64,000 nt of DNA from Desulfobacterales bacterium. Its GTDB lineage: Bacteria > Desulfobacterota > Desulfobacteria > Desulfobacterales > UBA2174. Positions 18,093 through 28,773 of this stretch are shown here, in pieces; position 1 is the stretch's first letter; the number at the start of each line of letters is the position of its first letter. The notes under the pieces are model-generated. The model was not told the DNA's origin. It searched no databases and was given only the letters and a program-made list of their open reading frames with translations. A program made the position numbers and the translations under genes. Location: NCBI GenBank assembly GCA_963668645.2, contig CAXXWC010000019.1:608001-672000 (forward strand), read 5' to 3'.

Positions 18093-19994
18093 TTATGCCG
18101 AAAAATCGTTGCGACAGAGTGCTTTTCGTTTCAGTTGACCGCGCAATAGGACAAAGAAAAGGACAAATCCGATGACCAAGAAAGGGTATTCCAGCGGTAT
18201 GGTTTCAAAATGCCGAAAAAGACAATAGGCGAACATGGCAACGGAACTCAGCAGGCAGATGATCCTCTCGATTCCGCTAAATTTGAGGATCCCGCAGTTA
18301 TAAGTAAAGGCTGTTAGCGTGATCAAACCGATCGGTATCGATATCAGTGAGCCGATGGCCCATATTCTGCTTTCGACGTGCAGAATCAAGACCGGATTAA
18401 AAACGATCAAATAGGGGATGATGAATCCGGGCAAGGCGAGTTTGAAGGCCAAGATGCCGGTTTTCATGTAGTTGCCCTTGGAGATTCCCGAGGCCGAGAG
18501 CGCGGCCAAGGCGACCGGCGGCGTAATGGCCGAGATGATGGCGAAGTAGAAACTGAAGAAATGGGCCGACATCGGCGCGATGCCGAGCTGGACCAGCGAA
18601 GGGATGACGACGATGGCCACAAGGCTGTAGGCGGCTGCCGGCGGCACTCCGCAGCCGAGGATCAGCGAGACGATCATCGTTATGACGAGTGCGATGAAAA
18701 TGTTGCCGTGGCTCAAGGTGTGAACCAGGCCGGCGATTTTCGACCCCATTCCGGTCGTGATAAGGCACTGGGCCATAATTCCGACCAGCGCGAGAGAGAT
18801 ACCGATGTTGGCGCCGACCGCTGCACCGTTGGACAGGTTCCTGCAAAGGGCCGAAAAGGTCGGTCGGGTGTCTGGAAAGAGGTAACTCAGGGCGATGGCG
18901 ACCAGAATAGCCCAGAAACCCGCGACCATGGGGCTGAAGCGGAGCAACAGGAGCACGAAAATCACGCCGAGCGGCAGGACAAACAGGGCGAGGCGCTTAT
19001 AGATGATTTTATAATCGACGCGTTCCTTGGGCGCGGATATGTTTTTGCTCACCGCCATGAACTGAACGCCGGCCGCCACGGAGACGTAGAAAAAGATCGC
19101 CGGCATGATGGAGGCCATCATAACATCGGTGTATGAAACGCCGAGAAAGGAGGCCATCAAAAAAGCGGCCGCACCGAGAACCGGGGGGACCAGTTGGCCA
19201 CCGGTCGAGGCGGTCGCTTCAATCGCTCCGGCTTCTTCGGCGCTGTAACCGATGCTTTTCATGTAGGGGATCGTGAAGGCGCCTGTGATGGCGACATTGG
19301 CCACCGGGGCACCGGAAACCATGCCAACCAAAGAACTCGAGATGACAGCGGTATGACCGGGTCCCCCCTGGAGAAAGCGGCCGGCAAGCTTGCCAAGTTC
19401 ATTAAAAAAATCGTTTATCTTGATGACGCCCAACAGTGCCCCGAAAACGACGAAAAGAAAGACCTGGTTCGCTGAAATGGAAAGAAAACTGCCGAAAACC
19501 CCAGAAAGTCCGATGCTCAGATAGGAAATAATATAATCAAAATTAAATGGCCTGTGCCCCAAATCACCCGGAATCAAATGACCGAGAAAGAAGTAGGCAA
19601 CAAAGAGCGCCGCTACGATTGGAAGGGTGATTCCCCAGGCCACGCGGGTCCCTTCGAAACATAGGAGTATGATGACTACACCGACAACCATATCCATCCG
19701 TTCCGGGTACCCGATCACTTCTTCAAGGTGATCCATGTTCAACATGACATAAAGCATGGAAAAAACGCCCAAGATGCTAAGCGTGATATAAAATGTATGG
19801 GCCAATGAATTCTTGCTCTTTAAAATTTTGCTGAGAAATACGATGACAAAAACAAACATCAAATGGATGGACTGGTGCTCGTAAGCTCCGGCGATTAAAT
19901 ATTGGCTGCTAAGCATATGGTACAATACCATAAAGATTCCGACGACAATCAAAACTGGCTCAACGATTCTATTAATTTTGGATGCAGTTCCCAT
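18093..19994 (-). CDS. TRAP transporter fused permease (4TM/12TM)
   Basis: GGPGHTAVISS, ANVAITGAFTIP, EATASTGGQLVPPVLGAAAFLMA, ITPPVALAA. Confidence 0.93.
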   Translation of the reverse strand: MGTASKINRIVEPVLIVVGIFMVLYHMLSSQYLIAGAYEHQSIHLMFVFVIVFLSKILKSKNSLAHTFYITLSILGVFSMLYVMLNMDHLEEVIGYPERMDMVVGVVIILLCFEGTRVAWGITLPIVAALFVAYFFLGHLIPGDLGHRPFNFDYIISYLSIGLSGVFGSFLSISANQVFLFVVFGALLGVIKINDFFNELGKLAGRFLQGGPGHTAVISSSLVGMVSGAPVANVAITGAFTIPYMKSIGYSAEEAGAIEATASTGGQLVPPVLGAAAFLMASFLGVSYTDVMMASIMPAIFFYVSVAAGVQFMAVSKNISAPKERVDYKIIYKRLALFVLPLGVIFVLLLLRFSPMVAGFWAILVAIALSYLFPDTRPTFSALCRNLSNGAAVGANIGISLALVGIMAQCLITTGMGSKIAGLVHTLSHGNIFIALVITMIVSLILGCGVPPAAAYSLVAIVVIPSLVQLGIAPMSAHFFSFYFAIISAITPPVALAALSASGISKGNYMKTGILAFKLALPGFIIPYLIVFNPVLILHVESRIWAIGSLISIPIGLITLTAFTYNCGILKFSGIERIICLLSSVAMFAYCLFRHFETIPLEYPFLVIGFVLFFVLLRGQLKRKALCRNDFSA

Positions 19995-20066
19995 TTGCAG
20001 CCCCTGCGATTTCAGGTTGATAAGGAGGGCCCCGTCCCATGGGGCACTCCTTTTGCGTATAAATCG

Positions 20067-21068
20067 CTATTCGATTATGCCTGCCTCTCTGTAGGCTTTC
20101 AGGGCACCTGGATGAATTTGTTCCTTGCCCCATCCAAACGGGAGGGAATCCGGGGTCATCAGTTTGCCAAGGTTGTGATAGGCACTGAAGTCGGAACAGT
20201 GCTGGATGATCAATTTGGCGACTTCGTAAGCGATCTCTTCGGGAAATTCTGACGAGACGCACCATGCAACGCTGTCGGTAAACGATTCGATTGGCTTTTT
20301 CAATCCATCGATGGCAGTTACGGGAATTGTAATCTCCGTTATCGGGATTCCGGTCTCCTTTGTCTTGGCAATCGCATCGAGACCCCAGGAGACATGGTTG
20401 ATCTCTTTTCCAGAGGCAATCAGTTCGTTGGTCTGGGGGCTCAAGGAGAACTCGAAGGTTTTCGGATTGAGGTATCCACCGATTACGATGGCGTCGACCA
20501 GACCGTCAAGCAGGGCCGATACAGACGGACCGGTGCCGATGTGCTGAAGATTGGTTTTGTCCGCAATCCCCCAGCCGCTGCGGATGACCATCTCCGGTTG
20601 GATGGCCCAAGAAATTTGAGTGGCGCGCCCAAGGGCGATCTGCTTACCGACGAAATCGGATGGCTTCTGCAGTTTTTTGTCCAAAGTCGCCAACCAGACA
20701 GAAATCAGATTATAGTTCGCGATCAGCTTGACCCCTTTATATTGTCGGTCAAACGGGGCCTTTCCGTTTTCGGCCAGCCAATTGACGCCGATTGTGGAGG
20801 AGATGATGGTTTTTGCCTTTAAATCCTGCTCCTTGTCGATCTTTTTGATATTGAAGACAAGGCCTGGGCTTTCCGAGTGGCTGACTCTCAACCAATCATG
20901 GTGCTTTTTTGCGAGATCTTCCAAGGCCGCGCTCAGAACGTATGACCCGGTACCAAACGGGGCTGACATCAGGTTGACGGTTGTGGTTTCGGTTTTCGAA
21001 AAACAAGGCGATGCGGTCAGCGTCAACAGACCTGTGATCAACACAAATTCCAATATTCGCCGATTCAT
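20067..21068 (-). CDS. TAXI-family TRAP solute-binding protein
   Basis: Signal peptide, GTGSY motif, C-terminal IHPGALKAYREAG. Confidence 0.9.
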   Translation of the reverse strand: MNRRILEFVLITGLLTLTASPCFSKTETTTVNLMSAPFGTGSYVLSAALEDLAKKHHDWLRVSHSESPGLVFNIKKIDKEQDLKAKTIISSTIGVNWLAENGKAPFDRQYKGVKLIANYNLISVWLATLDKKLQKPSDFVGKQIALGRATQISWAIQPEMVIRSGWGIADKTNLQHIGTGPSVSALLDGLVDAIVIGGYLNPKTFEFSLSPQTNELIASGKEINHVSWGLDAIAKTKETGIPITEITIPVTAIDGLKKPIESFTDSVAWCVSSEFPEEIAYEVAKLIIQHCSDFSAYHNLGKLMTPDSLPFGWGKEQIHPGALKAYREAGIIE

Positions 21069-21080
21069 TGTTTTTCTCCT

Positions 21081-22313
21081 TTACGGTTTAATAGATTGTC
21101 CGTCCCTGTTGCGAAGGCATGCCGATATCACTCTGTTTTCTATGAGACGTGTCACTTCTGCTTCGGAAAAACCGGTTTCTGCCAGAATTTCATTTAGATG
21201 TTGTCCAAGCAATGGGGGGGGGAGCACTACGGAGGCCGGCGTCTTTTCGAGGATGAACGGTGGGGCGAGCAATTTGACTTCGCCCGCCTTGGGATGCTTC
21301 ATCGTTACAACCAAATCGCTTTCCAGCACATTGGGGTCTGAAAACAGATCTTCGACCGTATTAATCGGCCCGGCGGCCACTTGGTGGATTCTGAAGATCT
21401 CGAGCCAGTCCTTCGTTTCTTTGGTCCTCAGGACGCCGTTGATGAGCGCTTCGACCTTGTCATAATTTTCGATGCGGTAAGAGTCTTTTCCCATGTTGTC
21501 GTCATCGATCCACTCTTGCTTGTCGATAGCCCGGCAAAATTTCGGCCATTGATTGGCATGCGCAACGACCAAGATATATCCATCTTTGGTCTCGAAGGCC
21601 TGTGAAGGCATCGCCTGGGCGTTGCGGGTTCCCATCCCCTTGGGAACGACGCCGGCCATCAAGAACATGCCGATATAATTGGCCATGATCGCCATCGTGG
21701 ACCGTAACAGGGATGTTTCGACCTGTTGGCCTTCCCCCGTCTTGCTGCGGTGGTACAAGGCCGACAAGATTGCTATGGCGAGAAACATTCCTGCGCAAAG
21801 ATCGACAATCTGGATTTGGATTTTTGCCGGTTTTTCTCCAGGAGGAGTGGTGATGGAGACCAGTCCGGTCAGGCCCTGGATGATCAACTCGAAACCGGGG
21901 CGATCCTTGTAGATTCCGGCCGCACCAAAGGCATTCAAAGATGCGTAGATCAGATCGGGTCGATGCTTTTTCAGTTCGCCATAACCGATTCCGAGGCGCT
22001 CCATGACACCAGGACGAAAATTTTCCACAACGACATCACATTTTTCTACGATCTTTTTTATTACTGGTGCGGCTTGCGGATTTTTGAGATCGACGCAGAT
22101 GCTTTTCTTGTTGCGGTTGACGCAGAAGAAAAAGGCACTTTCGCCATTTTGAAACGGAGGCCCATTGAGTCGGGTGCTGTCCCCGCCCTTCGGATTTTCA
22201 ATCTTGATGATTTCCGCCCCAAGGTCACCCAAAATAGATGTGGTAAATGGCCCGGCTAAAACATGGGTAAAATCCAATATTCGTATTCCGCTCAAAGGAC
22301 CATTGTGTTTCAT
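21081..22313 (-). CDS. Class III CoA-transferase (CaiB/BaiF family)
   Basis: PLSGIRILDFTHVLAGP, NRNKKS, ENFRPGVMERLG, PLLGQH. Confidence 0.95.
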   Translation of the reverse strand: MKHNGPLSGIRILDFTHVLAGPFTTSILGDLGAEIIKIENPKGGDSTRLNGPPFQNGESAFFFCVNRNKKSICVDLKNPQAAPVIKKIVEKCDVVVENFRPGVMERLGIGYGELKKHRPDLIYASLNAFGAAGIYKDRPGFELIIQGLTGLVSITTPPGEKPAKIQIQIVDLCAGMFLAIAILSALYHRSKTGEGQQVETSLLRSTMAIMANYIGMFLMAGVVPKGMGTRNAQAMPSQAFETKDGYILVVAHANQWPKFCRAIDKQEWIDDDNMGKDSYRIENYDKVEALINGVLRTKETKDWLEIFRIHQVAAGPINTVEDLFSDPNVLESDLVVTMKHPKAGEVKLLAPPFILEKTPASVVLPPPLLGQHLNEILAETGFSEAEVTRLIENRVISACLRNRDGQSIKP

Positions 22314-22950
22314 ATCGCCTTACCTCTTTTTTCGCTTTTTCTCGCTGTTTGAAACAGTGGGCGGGCATGGACGCGCAGCCAAAGTGGCGTTGATTGGCGC
22401 ATGGGCAAAGCGTCTGGCCGTTGGCCAGCGGAAAACCGGCCCTGCCCTCGGTCTTGGCGCGGATCGTCGTGCAGCCGGTCGCCTGCAGAGAGTGATTTTT
22501 GCCGTGGAGACGGCCTGGGTGCAAAAAATCGGTGTTCATTTGCCAACTATCCATAAAATATAGGGATTTTTCAGCAACAACGCCCTGGCTCGGCCAAGCT
22601 TTGAACTTTATATAATATAAAATATAAAATCTGTCAAGCGTCTCGGTTCTCGCTGACAGAGACGCCCTGACTTGGTTCCGGCATAATCTTCAGGATGGGA
22701 AAAAATCTTGTAAAACAGTTGGATACAAGCTACTTGGCCCTGTGGAGACACCACGATACACCAGCGCCAGCCCTCGGCGAGGGATCGGGCAAGAAGGCCG
22801 CAGGTGCTTTCTTTCCGCAAACGTGATGGATTAGCGGGGAAGAACGAGGAGCGATTGGTGAAGATGAAGGCGCTTGCCGCGGCAGTGACGGCAAGCGGGG
22901 CTGCGGGCCTTTACGGAGGGCGTTCGAAGCAAAGGCCGTGCTGCGAAGCC

Positions 22951-23613
22951 TCAGGGGGCCGGGAACACCTTCATCAAAGTGTCTAGCCCGCTTCGAACAT
23001 TGGCAATCACGGCTTCTTTGACCCCTTTGGCATCGCGTTGAATCAAGGCCGCGATGATGTCTTCATGCCCGCTGTTGAAAATCCGATAATCCGAATCGCG
23101 AAATGGAAAGCGCGAGCGGAAAGACTGAACCTTGTCCATCATCTGGTTGATGATTTGGCAAAGGTGGTTCATCTTCGATTCTCGGTAGAGAATGAGATGA
23201 AACTCACGGTTGAGCGAAAAGTAATGGATCGGGGCGGCCACTTGTTGAAGCATCTGTTGGTGGCATGCCTGGATTTGTGCAATTTCGGAATCCGCGATGC
23301 GCTTGGTGGCCACCTCGGCGGCTTTGCCTTCCAAAAGAAAGCGGATTTCGAAGATCTCAACAATCTCTTCCAGCTCAGGCGGCTCGGAGACGATCGCTCC
23401 CTTGTTGGGCACGGAGACGACCAGACCCATCCCCGAAATTTCGCGCAGCGCTTCACGGATCGAGACCCGGCTCAGGTTCATCTCCTCTTCCAAGCGGGCT
23501 GGGATGAGACGTGTTCCGGGAGCCAGTTTCCCGCTGACGATGGCCTCGCGCAGACGATGAACGGCGATTTCAGTCATCGTGCGGTAGGTGGTTGCATTCT
23601 GTTGGATAAGCAT
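22951..23613 (-). CDS. GntR family transcriptional regulator (FCD domain)
   Basis: LREAIVSGKLAPGTRL, SRVSIREAL, NREFH. Confidence 0.93.
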   Translation of the reverse strand: MLIQQNATTYRTMTEIAVHRLREAIVSGKLAPGTRLIPARLEEEMNLSRVSIREALREISGMGLVVSVPNKGAIVSEPPELEEIVEIFEIRFLLEGKAAEVATKRIADSEIAQIQACHQQMLQQVAAPIHYFSLNREFHLILYRESKMNHLCQIINQMMDKVQSFRSRFPFRDSDYRIFNSGHEDIIAALIQRDAKGVKEAVIANVRSGLDTLMKVFPAP

Positions 23614-24130
23614 ACGGAACCCAATCGATGGTGGAACGGCTACCGACCACTGTTCGGCGATGAAAAGATCGCGGACGGCAAGGGCAGCATTTGTCAGCGC
23701 CAGCCCGCTGTCAAGACAGAATGGACGATCTCCCAGATTCTAAGGTCAGCATTGCTAAAGAATCATATTTTATAAAATCTATTATATTAAAGGTATCAAA
23801 CCTGCAAGACTTTTTGCTTGGATCGGCCCGATTGGGCTCATTGATGGCCTGTCCGCCTTTGGCGGTCGTACCAAGAAATTTTCCACAAAAGCCCCTTCTG
23901 CTTTGTACAAGCAGGTCAACCTGCAAAATGGACTGCCCTTCGAAGTTCCCATTCCCACTGAGATCACGCGACGAACCTTGAAAGAGACGTTCAGCACTTA
24001 GCAACGCGGAAAGAATCTTGAAAAAATGGGGACACATCCCGACTTGTACCGCAAGTGACAAGCCCCCTCCGGGAGCGCATGGCACCATGTCAACCGGCAT
24101 GAGTAAAGTCAGGTGAAGTCGACTTTACTC

Positions 24131-25267
24131 ATGGAACCGGTTGCCCGCTACATAACGGCCCCTGTAACTGCCGACTTCGATGATCGCATGGTGTTTGTCG
24201 GCGGCCCCAGACAGGTCGGCAAGACGACCTTCGCCTTAGCGTGTCTCGGCGATGGCCCGGAAGGCCGGCCCGCCTATCTCAATTGGGATGTCGTCAAGGA
24301 TCGAAAGGCCCTGCTCAAGGGGGAGCTGCCATCGAACCAGAAGTGCATCGTCCTGGACGATATTCACAAATTCGGAAGATGGCGCAATCTTGTAAAGGGC
24401 CTTTACGATGCCAACCGATCCCGGGTCTCCTTTTTGATCACTGGCTCGGCACGCCTGGATTATTACAGCAAGAGCGGCGACTCTCTACAGGGACGGTACC
24501 ACTACTACCGCCTGCACCCGTTTTCCCCATCCGAGTTGGATGCGCAGCCCAAGCCGGACGTGGTTGCCGGCCTGCTGCGATTCGGTGGCTTTCCGGAACC
24601 TTTTCTCAAAGGCGACGAGCGCTTCTGGCGCCGCTGGCAGCAGGAACGGCTGCAACGGGTGATCTATGACGACATCCGTGAACTCGAACGGGTCCGGGAA
24701 ATCAGCTTGCTGGAATTGCTGGCAGAGGAGCTAACGCACCGTGTCGGATCGCCCCTGTCGGTTCGAAACCTGGCCGAGGTTATGCAAGTTTCTTTTGAAA
24801 CGGCCGATCGCTGGATCCAGATCTTTGAGCACCTCTATTACTGTTTTCGCATTCCACCCTACTGCAGCCGGAGGGTTTGCGCGGTCAAAAAGGAGCAGAA
24901 GCTTTACCTCGGGGATTGGTCGCTCGTTGCGGAACCCGGGCCGCGTTTCGAGAACCTGGTCGCTTCCCTTCTGCTCAAGTACGGTCACTGGCTGGAGGAT
25001 ACCGAGGGATTTCGCATGGAATTGCGTTTTTTGCGCGACACGGATCGCCGGGAGGTCGATTTCGTCGTCCTTCAAGACGGTCAGCCCCGATTCGCCGTCG
25101 AATGCAAAAGCGGGGAAACGAATGTCTCTTCCAACCTCTATTACTTTATGGGCAGAACCCCGATCGATCGATTCTACCAGGTTCACAACGGGCAGGCGGA
25201 CTACCTGCGCGACGGCGTGCGGGTGCTGCCCCTGACCACCTTTTGCCGGGAACTTCAGCTTCCCTGA
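24131..25267 (+). CDS. AAA+ ATPase with DUF4143 domain (COG1373-like)
   Basis: Walker A GPRQVGKTT, Walker B VLDDIH, ITGSARL, FGGFPE, PD-(D/E)xK-like EVDFV...AVECK; alternative GTG start at 24113. Confidence 0.9.
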   Translation: MEPVARYITAPVTADFDDRMVFVGGPRQVGKTTFALACLGDGPEGRPAYLNWDVVKDRKALLKGELPSNQKCIVLDDIHKFGRWRNLVKGLYDANRSRVSFLITGSARLDYYSKSGDSLQGRYHYYRLHPFSPSELDAQPKPDVVAGLLRFGGFPEPFLKGDERFWRRWQQERLQRVIYDDIRELERVREISLLELLAEELTHRVGSPLSVRNLAEVMQVSFETADRWIQIFEHLYYCFRIPPYCSRRVCAVKKEQKLYLGDWSLVAEPGPRFENLVASLLLKYGHWLEDTEGFRMELRFLRDTDRREVDFVVLQDGQPRFAVECKSGETNVSSNLYYFMGRTPIDRFYQVHNGQADYLRDGVRVLPLTTFCRELQLP

Positions 25268-25390
25268 GGCTCATCGCTTTCACGACTTTTACCCATGCCC
25301 TGCAAAGACGGCCGGTCGTTGCTTTTCGTAGGGACACCTTATCCGGATCAATCAACACCTCCGATCACTTTGTCCCTGAACTGCACCAAG

Positions 25391-26950
25391 CTAATTTTCA
25401 GTTGCTTTTCTTCTTTTGCCAAACGTGATGCCAAGTTTGCGCATGCGGTGCCTGAGTGTACTGGGGTTTACACCCAAACGGCCGGCAGCCCCATTTGGAC
25501 CATCGATTCTGTTCTTACACAACAAGAGAACATTTTCGATATGATTCCGCATCACCTCGTCCAAGGTGAGCACGTCTTGCTCGATACTGGGGCATAGAGG
25601 ATAAAATTGCCGATGCGGCCTGCTTATACCATCAAAAATCAGTCTTTCATCAGATGCGCCGATTAAAGCGTGTATGAGAGCCCGTTCAACTGAATTCTCC
25701 AACTCCCTCACATTCCCGGGCCAATCATGTTTTATTAGCTTTTTCATTTGAATCGAAGAGATCGTCGGATGAGCTTGAATTCTCATCTCTCGGCATTTCT
25801 TTTGGACGAAGTGTTTGACCAGATCCGGGATATCTGCTTTTCGATGTCGCAACGGCGGGATCGTTATTGGAAACACGTTGAGCCGGAACCACAGATCTTC
25901 TCTGAAGGATTTTTCAAGGACCATCTGTTGCAGGTCCCGGTGTGTGGCGCAGATGATGCGAATATCCACCTTGATTGGATCCCTGCCTCCCACCCGTTCA
26001 ATGGTTTTGTCCTGAATTACACGTAAAAGCCGTGTTTGTGCAGAAAGTGGAAGATCACCAATTTCATCTAGAAAAATCGTGCCGCCATGAGCCCTCTCAA
26101 ATCGGCCCCGGCGGGTTGTTCCGGCACCCGTGTAAGCCCCCTTTTCATGACCGAAGAGTTCACTGTCAACCAGGTTTTCAGGTAATGCGCCACAATTGAC
26201 CTTTATAAACGGACCGCTGTGCCGCAGCGAAAAATAGTGAATTGCATTGGCGATAACTTCCTTGCCCACACCGGTCTCGCCTAAGAGCAACACATGGCTA
26301 TTCAATGGGGCCACTTGCCGAACCATTTCCATAACGGGTTTTAATCCATACGCTTCACCAATAATTTCGGCACCTGAAATCTGGCGCAACTCGTTGGCCA
26401 GGTAGCGGTAGTCATCGGACAACTTCTTATGCAGGCGCAAGACTCCCTGGTGCTTTAAGATGTTTGCAATGGCAATGGCAAAAGGATCGTGCAGGAGTTC
26501 CAGCAAACGAGCGTGTTCTTTGCTAAACAAGTCTCGCCCCCGCGCTGAAATCACAAGTTCACCGAGCCTTTTTTCGGCCACTTTCAGGTGTAGCAGCAAA
26601 AAGCAAAGTGGGGACTGTTTTGCTTTCAATTCAACCTCTTTTGCCACTGGCTGCATTTCTGACCGGTTAATCATGCTAACCACCGGGCCATAACGACCTT
26701 TTTCAACGAATAGTGCGGCTTCTTTGGACAACTTGGCCGGATAATGCGATGGCATCTCAGAATAGAAACTTGAAGAAGCGATATTGCGAAGTATCCGGTT
26801 TCCCGGATCGTATGTATTTAAATCCAGCGTTTGAGCGGGCATGAAATCTTCAAGATACTTGTGGATGTCTGTCAGCATGGTTTTTGCGTCCAGGTTACTG
26901 CAGATTCGTTTGGACGCTTGGTGGAAGAACTCCTTATCATTAATGGTCAT
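25391..26950 (-). CDS. Sigma-54-dependent transcriptional activator (GAF-AAA+-HTH, FhlA-like)
   Basis: GETGVGKE, ELFGHEKGAYTGA, FLDEIGD, WPGNVRELEN, HTH LGVNPSTLRHRMRKLG. Confidence 0.95.
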   Translation of the reverse strand: MTINDKEFFHQASKRICSNLDAKTMLTDIHKYLEDFMPAQTLDLNTYDPGNRILRNIASSSFYSEMPSHYPAKLSKEAALFVEKGRYGPVVSMINRSEMQPVAKEVELKAKQSPLCFLLLHLKVAEKRLGELVISARGRDLFSKEHARLLELLHDPFAIAIANILKHQGVLRLHKKLSDDYRYLANELRQISGAEIIGEAYGLKPVMEMVRQVAPLNSHVLLLGETGVGKEVIANAIHYFSLRHSGPFIKVNCGALPENLVDSELFGHEKGAYTGAGTTRRGRFERAHGGTIFLDEIGDLPLSAQTRLLRVIQDKTIERVGGRDPIKVDIRIICATHRDLQQMVLEKSFREDLWFRLNVFPITIPPLRHRKADIPDLVKHFVQKKCREMRIQAHPTISSIQMKKLIKHDWPGNVRELENSVERALIHALIGASDERLIFDGISRPHRQFYPLCPSIEQDVLTLDEVMRNHIENVLLLCKNRIDGPNGAAGRLGVNPSTLRHRMRKLGITFGKRRKATEN

Positions 26951-26969
26951 CACTCTCCCCCCCGAAATC

Positions 26970-27054
26970 TGTCGCATGTGACAAAAAATCAAAAACTATC
27001 ATATATGACAAAATTTTTTGGCACATATGAAAAAATTTGTCAATTATTTTGACA
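26970..27054. promoter_or_regulatory. Cluster of four TGTC...GACA-type palindromes (candidate activator binding sites)
   Basis: TGTCGCATGTGACA (26970), TATCATATATGACA (26997), TGGCACATATGAAA (27019), TGTCAATTATTTTGACA (27038). Confidence 0.6.
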
Positions 27055-27083
27055 ACCTACCTGGATTAATAGCGAAAATTTTA

Positions 27084-27099
27084 TGGCGTGCATCTTGCT
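27084..27099 (+). promoter_or_regulatory. Sigma-54 (-24/-12) promoter
   Basis: TGGCGTGCATCTTGCT has GG-N10-GC spacing and is divergent from a sigma-54 activator gene. Confidence 0.8.
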
Positions 27100-27212
27100 A
27101 AACAGTATTTCAATCGACTGACAACAGTGCTCCTTTCGGGCATATTTCGGAATAAACCGTTAATCATGGGCACAAAGAAGAGGCAAGCAGAGCAATCACG
27201 GAGGCAATCTAC

Positions 27213-28001
27213 ATGAGTAGATATTTTTTCTGGTTTCTGACCATTATCTTTTTTGAACATTTTGTTTTTACAGGGATTGGGTTCGCTCAGGATCAAGCGA
27301 AACCGTTTTGGTGGTTTAACATTTCTTACCAAGATGACACAGAAAGAGAATTTGTCACATTGACACCTGAATTTGAAACCAACGATTTGCCATTTGACAT
27401 GGAGCTTTATGGGTTCGTTGATTTTACGGGTGACCATGGTCACGATGAAACCAATCTGAAAAACCATTCAGGAAGTTTCGATCTGTTCAAGCCTTTGAAC
27501 ACATTCGGTATGGCCGAAGACAACATTGTCCTGCATATGTTTGATGTGGCTATGGAATATAATATAGATACCTTTACAGATGATCGTTGTTATTTCGGTT
27601 TCCGTTGGCGAGGTACCAGGACTTTTGGAAGTATAAGCAAGTTTCTTAATAGAATCCATGCTACTTTTGATATGACCGTCTTTCTGGCTCGCACGGATGG
27701 CCGGCAAGGACATAACTGGTGGATGATTTCTCCTTACCTAAAAATTCCATTTTGTATCGGGGGGGTAAACTGCTTTTCCAGTACATGGTGTGACATAGAC
27801 TTCGATAACCCATTAAATGAATGCCGCCATGACAGCGTTTCAGGACAAAGCATGCTCGGAGTCAATATTTGGGAACAACTATATGCCTTCTGCGAGGTTA
27901 AATATGAGGATTTTCAGAAACCTTTTGATGATGCCTTCGGGATAGGTTTTGGCCTCATGTGGCAATGGTACTTTGAGAGGCCAGAATCTGCAACGAGATA
28001 G
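27213..28001 (+). CDS. Exported hypothetical protein, possible outer-membrane beta-barrel channel
   Basis: Signal peptide (..IGFA-QD), aromatic alternating strands (ELYGFVDF, GIGFGLMWQWYF); GGAGG RBS. Confidence 0.6.
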   Translation: MSRYFFWFLTIIFFEHFVFTGIGFAQDQAKPFWWFNISYQDDTEREFVTLTPEFETNDLPFDMELYGFVDFTGDHGHDETNLKNHSGSFDLFKPLNTFGMAEDNIVLHMFDVAMEYNIDTFTDDRCYFGFRWRGTRTFGSISKFLNRIHATFDMTVFLARTDGRQGHNWWMISPYLKIPFCIGGVNCFSSTWCDIDFDNPLNECRHDSVSGQSMLGVNIWEQLYAFCEVKYEDFQKPFDDAFGIGFGLMWQWYFERPESATR

Positions 28002-28057
28002 TGATATGATGGCGTCCGGTAATGGCCGAGATATCCGGATCAAGCAACAATACTAGA

Positions 28058-28415
28058 TCAGCGGCGCACCAGGGCTGCCAATGTATCGACCGCTTCCCGG
28101 ATCCTTTCGTCGAAAGGCCTGGTGCAACTGATCCGGATATAGCGGCCGTAGCGATCGGTGGTGGAAAAGGCCGCGCCAGGAACGATGGATATCCCGTGCG
28201 CTATGGCCTGCTGGTAAATCCGGGTACCATCGGCCTCGGAGGGCAGCTCGACCCAGAGCATGTTGCCGCCGTATGGCAGGGCCAGGCGGCATTCCGGGGG
28301 AAATGCCCGCTGCACCGCCGCTGCGGTTTTGAGCACCTGATCATGGACGGCGGCGCGCAGCCGCCTCAGGTAGCGGTCGAAGGCGCCTTCGGCCAGGAAT
28401 CTGGCCAGGACGTGC
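28058..28415 (-). pseudogene. C-terminal fragment of a PLP-dependent aminotransferase/MocR regulator
   Basis: HVLARFLAEGAFDRYLRRLR, PYGGNMLWVELP, GISIVPGAAFS, YIRIS. Confidence 0.8.
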
Positions 28416-28742
28416 ATCGTCACGGCCGCAAACACCACCTTCGCCGGCGGCGTGGCCACCGGCACGGCCTACGAACTGCCCTTTTCCATCTATGCCCAGC
28501 ACCTGGACGACTTTATCCTCCTTAGCGAAGAGGAACTCTACGAGGGCATCGCCCTGGCCGCCTTTCACACCCGCAACCTGGCCGAGGGGGCCGGCGCGGC
28601 CGCCTTGCGCGCGGCGATCAAGATCCGCGGGCGACTTTCAGGCAAGAAAGTGGCCATCCAGTTCAACGGCGGCAATGCCTCCCCTGCTGAAATCCGCGCT
28701 GCGATGACCCGCCGCTGCCTCAGAAATGGGGTGGTGGATTAG
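28416..28742 (+). pseudogene. C-terminal fragment of a threonine/serine dehydratase
   Basis: TFAGGVA...LDDFILLSEEEL...LAEGAGAAALRAA...GKKVAIQFNGGN. Confidence 0.8.
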
Positions 28743-28773
28743 AGAAATAGCCCCGTGATATCGTTTTGTATCG

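Noticed and set aside
22310..22950. Short ORFs between the CoA-transferase and gntR
   Set aside because: No motifs and no convincing RBS; probably promoter region plus decayed DNA.
26120..26150. GAYTGA instead of GAFTGA in the sigma-54 activator
   Set aside because: A conservative variant found in functional activators; the adjacent -24/-12 promoter supports normal function.
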